Shown here piece by piece: positions 58,388-64,000 of a stretch of DNA of 64,000 nt (within the stretch, counting starts at the first letter, position 1; each line of letters starts with the position of its first letter). The stretch spans positions 2,113 to 66,112 of the forward strand of contig JAQUOV010000002.1 of NCBI GenBank assembly GCA_028716965.1, given 5' to 3'. The position numbers were made by a program, and so were the translations under genes. This DNA is from Candidatus Omnitrophota bacterium. GTDB lineage: Bacteria > Omnitrophota > Gorgyraeia > Gygaellales > Profunditerraquicolaceae. The notes beneath the pieces are model-generated. The model was not told the origin of the DNA. It did no database searches and saw nothing but the letters and a program-made list of their open reading frames with translations.

Positions 58388-59379
58388 AATCCATTCCGGG
58401 ATTCCAGAATCCGGCTTAACCTTGGACCTAAAAGTAAATTAAAATCTATTGTTGATGCCGACCAGCAGTGTTGACATGAGCAAGGGAGCTGTAAATTATC
58501 AAGAGTTATTTTAAGGTTTTGGCCGGCCGTAACCAGGTAATTCTGCGATCCCGGGAACATGTCACAGATAAATATTTTACCATCAGGACTTAAAAATGTG
58601 GAGAATAAACTTACCAAGCAGGGTATTTTTCTTGGGCACGGCCAATGGTAAAGGTGTCTTAAGCCTGCCAAGCTATTAATAATACGATTGTTCCCTTTAG
58701 ATTTTTCTTTTATGAGAAAAGAAACGGCTTCCCTGAAAGCTGCGGCTGCCGGAAGATCAGAAGAGATATCTTTCCCGATATTACCACAATGCGTTTGGTC
58801 TGCCGGCTGGAAAGACACCTCAATATTATATTCCTTCGCAATATCAAGGATATGAGCAAGGTGGGCAGAAAATACATTATACTTTGAAATTACGGTGGTT
58901 AGGCTTACTTTCAAATTCTCCCTCTTGCATGCCTCTATAGCCTCTATGACCTTGTCATAAGTTCCCTCACCTTTAACCCGGTCGTTTATTTCTTTCGGCC
59001 CGTCAAGACTTAATTTTAACCTATCAATGCTTTTGATCTCTCCTATTCTTTGTTTTACAAATATGCCATTAGAATTCATTGACACAAACATTCTTTTATT
59101 TTTACAAGATTTAATGACCTGCCCGAGATCATCCCTTAAAAGAGGCTCTCCACCTGAAATAACAATGAATCTTGTGCCTAAGCGATAAAATTCATCAATC
59201 AAAGAAAGCAGTTTATCCGTTCCTAATTCTCCGGTTTTTCTTTCGTGGTAGCCACAATACCTGCAGCTTAAATTGCATCTATAGGTAATGTGTAAGACTG
59301 TAATTAAAGGAACCTTTCTTCTGGATATAACCGCTTTGGCGGCTTTCCAATAAATAGGTATTCTATCGAGAAAATTCAT
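58384..59379 (-). CDS. Radical SAM/SPASM protein (type B-prime)
   Basis: CNLSCRYCG, SGGEPLL, and C-terminal CPRKIPC...ICDMF...CSCQHCW. Related to the 53706-54749 product. Confidence 0.65.
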   Translation of the reverse strand: MNFLDRIPIYWKAAKAVISRRKVPLITVLHITYRCNLSCRYCGYHERKTGELGTDKLLSLIDEFYRLGTRFIVISGGEPLLRDDLGQVIKSCKNKRMFVSMNSNGIFVKQRIGEIKSIDRLKLSLDGPKEINDRVKGEGTYDKVIEAIEACKRENLKVSLTTVISKYNVFSAHLAHILDIAKEYNIEVSFQPADQTHCGNIGKDISSDLPAAAAFREAVSFLIKEKSKGNNRIINSLAGLRHLYHWPCPRKIPCLVSLFSTFLSPDGKIFICDMFPGSQNYLVTAGQNLKITLDNLQLPCSCQHCWSASTIDFNLLLGPRLSRILESRNGL

Positions 59380-60619
59380 GATTACCTATCCCCTCTGCTA
59401 CGGTCTTGACCGCCTTGGCAATCTTAGATAAATCCGAATCTTCCATCTCGGGGTAAACCGGTAAATGAACCATTCGTTTAACCGCATCAAAAGCATTTTT
59501 GCATTCATTTGCCTCCTGGAACCCTAATAAATGCGGTCCTACGGACATATTACCGCCATGGGTGTCTATCCCTATTTTACGTAACCGGCTACGAAAAAGC
59601 TGACGGTTATCCGTCCGAATTACAAAGCTTGAGTAAATATTCTCTCCGGAACCAGCCGCTACAGGGAGTTCTATGCCGGCAATATCTTGCAGATATTCAA
59701 GAAGCTTATTTCCATTATAAATTCGTTTTTGATTTAACAGTTCCAGCCGGAGTAATTGGGAAAGACCGATCTTGCCATAAAATGGAGTCGGTAAATAAGA
59801 AATTCCCTTTGAAGATGATTTATCATTACCCGGCGATTCACTGGTCAAAGCTTCTATTAAGTCTATACCGCAGCGGTCAAATAAATTTAAGACAAAGGAC
59901 ATAATGGAATCCCAAAACCAGGGTCTGGTTACAAAACGCATTCCCGCGGCGTAAAGGATATTCTTTGTTAAAGCAATACTGCCGATACAGGGCGACTGTT
60001 TCATCCATGATGAGATTTTTTCTGCAAGGGCATATGACCCTGTGACAGCCATACCCATACCTAAAACCGGAATGTTTTTATGCGGGGAAAATGAAAATAT
60101 CGCCGCCTGGCCAAAACTCCCTGCCCGCTTCCCTGAATAAGATGCCCCGCAGGATTGGGCGCAATCCTCTATAATAACCAGATTATACCTGGCAGCTATC
60201 GCCTTTATACGTCTCATATCGCATACACGGCCATATAGGTGGACCGGAAATATTGCTACCGTAGATGAAGTAATAACTGGTTCTATCCTATCGGTATCGA
60301 TACAGTATGTCTTTGGATCAATATCCACAAACCGCGGTTGCAATCCAAACTCTCGGAAAATTGCAGGGATGCAATGAAAAATCAAAGACGGCAATATTAC
60401 TTCTCCGCCTTTCGGCAATTCCAATGCATGCAATATCCATTTTAACGCTACCCTTGCTGAAGGAGTAGGCACAGCACAGGAAACACCAATATAGTCGGCA
60501 AACTGCTTGGTAAACACGGCAAGGCTATCTTTGCTTCCAGCATTATGCCGGCGAGTAAACAAAGTTGACCGGATATCGTTAATTGTAAGTGAAGGAATAA
60601 AACGAGGGATATTCTTCAT
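59363..60619 (-). CDS. DegT/DnrJ/EryC1/StrS-family PLP-dependent aminotransferase (second copy)
   Basis: 418 aa. The family-typical order of Gly-rich PLP-binding segments is present, and it is a paralog of 57290-58387 by position and length. The assignment is weaker than for the first copy. Confidence 0.55.
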   Translation of the reverse strand: MKNIPRFIPSLTINDIRSTLFTRRHNAGSKDSLAVFTKQFADYIGVSCAVPTPSARVALKWILHALELPKGGEVILPSLIFHCIPAIFREFGLQPRFVDIDPKTYCIDTDRIEPVITSSTVAIFPVHLYGRVCDMRRIKAIAARYNLVIIEDCAQSCGASYSGKRAGSFGQAAIFSFSPHKNIPVLGMGMAVTGSYALAEKISSWMKQSPCIGSIALTKNILYAAGMRFVTRPWFWDSIMSFVLNLFDRCGIDLIEALTSESPGNDKSSSKGISYLPTPFYGKIGLSQLLRLELLNQKRIYNGNKLLEYLQDIAGIELPVAAGSGENIYSSFVIRTDNRQLFRSRLRKIGIDTHGGNMSVGPHLLGFQEANECKNAFDAVKRMVHLPVYPEMEDSDLSKIAKAVKTVAEGIGNHEFSR

Positions 60620-60631
60620 GGTCGGGTATTC

Positions 60632-61717
60632 TTAAGCCAGGTGTATCTGGTCGTTAGAATTATTATCTCGTTTTTCACAATACTGACAGGTCGATAATGC
60701 CTCTAAATTAAGTGCGACCTGACTACGGAAACCCCTGTAATTTTGGCTATTCCAGATATTCTTAAAACCGGTGTATTGGCCGTCCTGAAATAAGTTTCCC
60801 ATTGCATAAAGCTGTCCTATATCAAAACAACAGGGGATTACTTTACCTGAATAGCGTATCAAAGTTTCCTCCCAAGGGATGCGGCAGGAATTAAACCGTT
60901 TTCGCTCCCGGCTGCTGTAACAAAATCTTTTATTTATAGGCAACAGTTCATTAATCGAACTAAACCTGCCCAATTTATCAATATTCAAACGGTCGGCCTG
61001 CAGCTTTAGATAGGTCATTTTATTCACACCCAAATCTTTTGCGATTCTGGAAATATCATTAATTTCATTTTCATTTTCTTTCATTACTATGAATTGCAAT
61101 TCAATAAAGGGCAACTCAGAATGGAGATTTTTTTTCTCCCCTATCAAAGCCTTTATATTGTTTATTACTCTTTTAAAATAATCTTTCCCGTGGCAAAGCT
61201 TATAAGTTCGTTCGGATGCACCATCGCAAGAAACAATTAAATAATCTAATCCTGAAGTTACAACCTTACGGGATTTATCCCCTCCCAAAAGAGACAAATT
61301 TGAGCTGAGGACAACAAAGATATCTTTCTTTTTGGCATATTCAATCATAAGAAAAATATCATTATTCATCAAAGGCTCGCCATAATTCCATAGGCGCAGC
61401 GTAATAAGGGTATCTCCTATGTCATCGATAATCTTGCGATAATTCTTAAAAGGCATATCTTTGCTTCCAGATACCAAACCATCATCCGCATACAAATCTG
61501 TGAATTGTTCGCATTTAATGCACTGATAGTTACAATCCCCGGTCGGTTCAATAAGGATATTAAAAGGTAGCCCTAGATTTCTCTTAACTCTAAAGAACAA
61601 AGATAGCTCAACTAAAATAAAATTCATTACCTTGCGGTAATTTAATAAAATCTTTAACGCCGCCTTTCTAAAAATATAGAGTTCCGGAAAACTGTAATTT
61701 CTGCGTAGTATTTTCAT
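60632..61717 (-). CDS. Radical SAM/SPASM protein (type A-prime)
   Basis: CNYQCIKC. Near-collinear homolog of the 52599-53687 product. Confidence 0.65.
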   Translation of the reverse strand: MKILRRNYSFPELYIFRKAALKILLNYRKVMNFILVELSLFFRVKRNLGLPFNILIEPTGDCNYQCIKCEQFTDLYADDGLVSGSKDMPFKNYRKIIDDIGDTLITLRLWNYGEPLMNNDIFLMIEYAKKKDIFVVLSSNLSLLGGDKSRKVVTSGLDYLIVSCDGASERTYKLCHGKDYFKRVINNIKALIGEKKNLHSELPFIELQFIVMKENENEINDISRIAKDLGVNKMTYLKLQADRLNIDKLGRFSSINELLPINKRFCYSSRERKRFNSCRIPWEETLIRYSGKVIPCCFDIGQLYAMGNLFQDGQYTGFKNIWNSQNYRGFRSQVALNLEALSTCQYCEKRDNNSNDQIHLA

Positions 61718-62418
61718 TTTTTTAAGCGTATATCATAGGCCAGCCTCCATAAAGACGCCACTACTCCGGCAATATTAGCAAAGCTAAAAGCTTTAGTCTT
61801 TACGCATTTATCGAATTTATCTTCCACCGGCACTTCTATATAGGAACAACCGGCCTTTATTAATTTTACCAGAATCTCAGCCTGAAAGGCATAGCTATCT
61901 GTTTTAAGATCAATAGAATTGACTGCTGATCTTTTAGAGAGTACATAATGATTGTAATATTTCAAATTCAAGCCAAATATAAGATTTACAATGACAGTAA
62001 AAGCCCTGGAAACGCTCCTCCTAAAAAAAGACCTTTCCCGGGCATTGGTCATGTAAGGGATGACCAAATCCTTAACACCAGCTAAAGCAAATATCTTATC
62101 CAAGTTCTCCTCGGTAATGTCGTTTTTTCCGTTTATACGAATCAGGTACTCCATTTTTGCCAAGCTGATCCCTTTTTTATAACTACCTCCGATGCAAATC
62201 GGCTTTTTATGGTGGAACACCTGAATGCAATTATAAGTATCGGCCAATTTATCGGTTATTTCAGCTGTCCTATCCGTACTTCCATCGTCAAATATGATAA
62301 TCTCATACCGCGTAAACTTTTTCTTGAGCGCATTAAGAATAATTTTTATGGTATCTTCAATGCCTCTTTCTTCATTTAAAGCCGGGACAATAACGGAAAT
62401 AGAATTTTCACCTGACAT
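61714..62418 (-). CDS. GT2-family glycosyltransferase (polyprenol-phosphate sugar synthase-like, DPM1/ArnC type)
   Basis: SVIVPALNEE...IIIFDDGSTDRT is the GT-A fold DxD-containing N-terminus. The 234-aa soluble form resembles dolichyl- or undecaprenyl-phosphate hexose synthases. Confidence 0.6.
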   Translation of the reverse strand: MSGENSISVIVPALNEERGIEDTIKIILNALKKKFTRYEIIIFDDGSTDRTAEITDKLADTYNCIQVFHHKKPICIGGSYKKGISLAKMEYLIRINGKNDITEENLDKIFALAGVKDLVIPYMTNARERSFFRRSVSRAFTVIVNLIFGLNLKYYNHYVLSKRSAVNSIDLKTDSYAFQAEILVKLIKAGCSYIEVPVEDKFDKCVKTKAFSFANIAGVVASLWRLAYDIRLKK

Positions 62419-64000
62419 ATTTTTTTAACCTTATAATAAAGAATACGATCATGAAGAAGGCTGTACTCAACGAAATAGCCATGCCGATATTCCAAATTGG
62501 CGGCCTGAATCTTAACCTAATTTGGTGTTTTCCGTTTTCCAGCCAAATTCCACGCTGGCAGTAATTCACCCGGTATATTTCTATCCTTTTCTTTCCATCA
62601 AAGGCTTCCCATCCCGGAAACCAGACCTCTGTCAGGACCATCATCGAAGGTATATTTATTTCAACCTCTATTTTTATTTCATTTGGATTTGAGAAATCTA
62701 ACCTTTTGATAATATTATTATTTTGAAAATCTTCAAAATTAAAAGGAGAACTTGCAATATGTGCTTTTCTTGCAAGATCTTTATAATTACGGCTCATGTA
62801 AAGAGCTTCCCTTAAATCGCCCGATACCAATTTCCTAAATTCTTCCTTTTCATCAACAAAAACTATATTATTAATAGTATATACTCTGGGGATAGCCTCC
62901 TTATTTATATGGAGATACTTCGCGGATTCCCCGTTGATTGGAAAACATTCTTCCTGTCGGAATATCCTGCCGGAATGACGGGCAAGAAAATATTTTACTG
63001 AGAAATTATTTAGAAATTCGGTGTTAAGGGGCAAATTTCCTCCTCCTTCGTAAAATATAGATTGATCCATGGGGCGAGCATATGCCGCCTCCATGGCCTC
63101 CTTAAATCTTTTTTCCAAAGGAAAAGGCGGCTCCCCCATAAGCGCAAACCCTTGATTTAAATAAACCAGATTATCATAAAAAGGGTACTCCGAAGCAATG
63201 CGCATAGAATGATCGATTACGGGAAATACCTCTGATATCATCTGTTTGAACATAGCGTGTTCAGAAGGTCTTATAAACCTGACATTATGTGGCAAGAAAG
63301 CGCGCGAGTTTGTTTGGGCTTCATTAAAGGTACCGCCATAAAATGCTTTAGTTCCGAAGAAAAAGGACTCCAAGATTACGAGGATTGCCATTAGGTAACC
63401 GAATTTTTTTATAGAAAGAATTCGAATTCCTAAGATTATAAATACCGACACTATAAGCCAATAGAGAAGAGAAAAAACAACCGGCCTTTTCTCCACATAC
63501 CCGTTAATCAACCTGAAGAATAAAGCCGGCTTTAATTCATAGGATTCTTTATTAATATTGATTGCGCTGGAGCATTGATTAATGCGCCAGGCATTACTAT
63601 AGAGAAAACAATGGTCTTGATCGTTCCAATAACCAATCCGGCCTTCTCCGGAGACAGGAAGAATCCACAAGAATTTATCAGGGGAAATGTCAACCTTAAA
63701 CTCAGACCATCCTTTTTCCAAAACGGCATACTTTTTAATCAACACACCTCCTGTCGGCAATAGATTATGATTATCGGCAAAGCGTATTTCCCCTTGCGAC
63801 GCCCCATCAAAGATCACCCGTATTTTCTTCACTCTGGCTGTCTTAGGGGTATATACTCCAACAGGTTCATGCAGAGAAAAAAAACCATCTGCTTTGGTAT
63901 CGAAGCCGGCCGACCAGGTATTTCGCCCTTCTTTATGCCCGTATAAGAATAAGACTCCGGTTATCGCCAGAATAGAAATAAGGACGTATACCAGAGACAA
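62408..64000 (-). CDS. Partial CDS whose 5-prime end is beyond the right edge; membrane protein with a large soluble domain and a terminal TM helix (C-terminal portion of a larger polytopic protein, possibly YfhO/GT-C-like)
   Basis: The reading frame is open at position 64000; the first codon is TTG, not a true start. It has a hydrophobic block at about residues 170-215 and a final TM helix (WNIGMAISLSTAFFMIVFFII). Confidence 0.35.
   Translation of the reverse strand: MSLVYVLISILAITGVLFLYGHKEGRNTWSAGFDTKADGFFSLHEPVGVYTPKTARVKKIRVIFDGASQGEIRFADNHNLLPTGGVLIKKYAVLEKGWSEFKVDISPDKFLWILPVSGEGRIGYWNDQDHCFLYSNAWRINQCSSAININKESYELKPALFFRLINGYVEKRPVVFSLLYWLIVSVFIILGIRILSIKKFGYLMAILVILESFFFGTKAFYGGTFNEAQTNSRAFLPHNVRFIRPSEHAMFKQMISEVFPVIDHSMRIASEYPFYDNLVYLNQGFALMGEPPFPLEKRFKEAMEAAYARPMDQSIFYEGGGNLPLNTEFLNNFSVKYFLARHSGRIFRQEECFPINGESAKYLHINKEAIPRVYTINNIVFVDEKEEFRKLVSGDLREALYMSRNYKDLARKAHIASSPFNFEDFQNNNIIKRLDFSNPNEIKIEVEINIPSMMVLTEVWFPGWEAFDGKKRIEIYRVNYCQRGIWLENGKHQIRLRFRPPIWNIGMAISLSTAFFMIVFFIIRLKKYVR

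Noticed and set aside
367-64000. Alternative reading of the locus as a lipid pathway (hopanoid, ladderane or tetraether type) because B12-rSAMs such as HpnJ/HpnP/HpnR and many rSAMs occur in those pathways
   Set aside because: There is no squalene/hopene cyclase and no polyprenyl or fatty-acid synthesis genes. The non-rSAM genes are instead characteristic of polysaccharide assembly and export (Wzm/Wzt with a CBM-like tail, GT-C, GT2, NodB deacetylase, DegT, carbamoyltransferases). A glycolipid product cannot be excluded.

Overview
The window is a low-GC bacterial locus; the starts I checked have Shine-Dalgarno sequences such as AAGGAG or GAAGGATG. About 50 tightly packed genes, many with overlapping stop/start codons, run across the whole window. 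They sit in three blocks: minus strand 1-28913, plus strand 29172-34616, minus strand 34630-64000. I saw no rRNA, tRNA, CRISPR array, IS element or transposase.

The content fits a polysaccharide or glycoconjugate biosynthesis and export island. It has a Wzm/Wzt-type ABC exporter (Wzt carries a long C-terminal extension) and several GT-C-like polytopic membrane proteins. It also has a GT2 polyprenol-phosphate-sugar-synthase-like enzyme, a GT4-like fragment at the left edge, a NodB-type deacetylase, three PLP aminotransferases (two DegT-type), two NodU/CmcH-type carbamoyltransferases, two class I methyltransferases, a Thr-type sulfatase-superfamily enzyme, and a WbuC-like cupin.

What makes the locus extraordinary is its radical SAM (rSAM) density. 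I count 27 proteins and 28 domains with an intact CxxxCxxC motif in 64 kb. Six of these are B12-binding (class B) rSAMs. Eleven single-domain rSAM-SPASM paralogs lie in one nearly gap-free tandem array (5758-18455), next to a fused double-domain member (2075-4135).

A tryptophan-rich domain of roughly 200 aa is repeated three times in the Wzt C-terminus. The same domain is also fused to a B12-rSAM and to a 1063-aa rSAM. This points to a shared glycan-recognition module that couples export to radical tailoring.

I consider this a candidate for an undescribed, massively rSAM-tailored surface-glycan system. Family assignments rest on motifs read by eye; no HMM or database search was possible.
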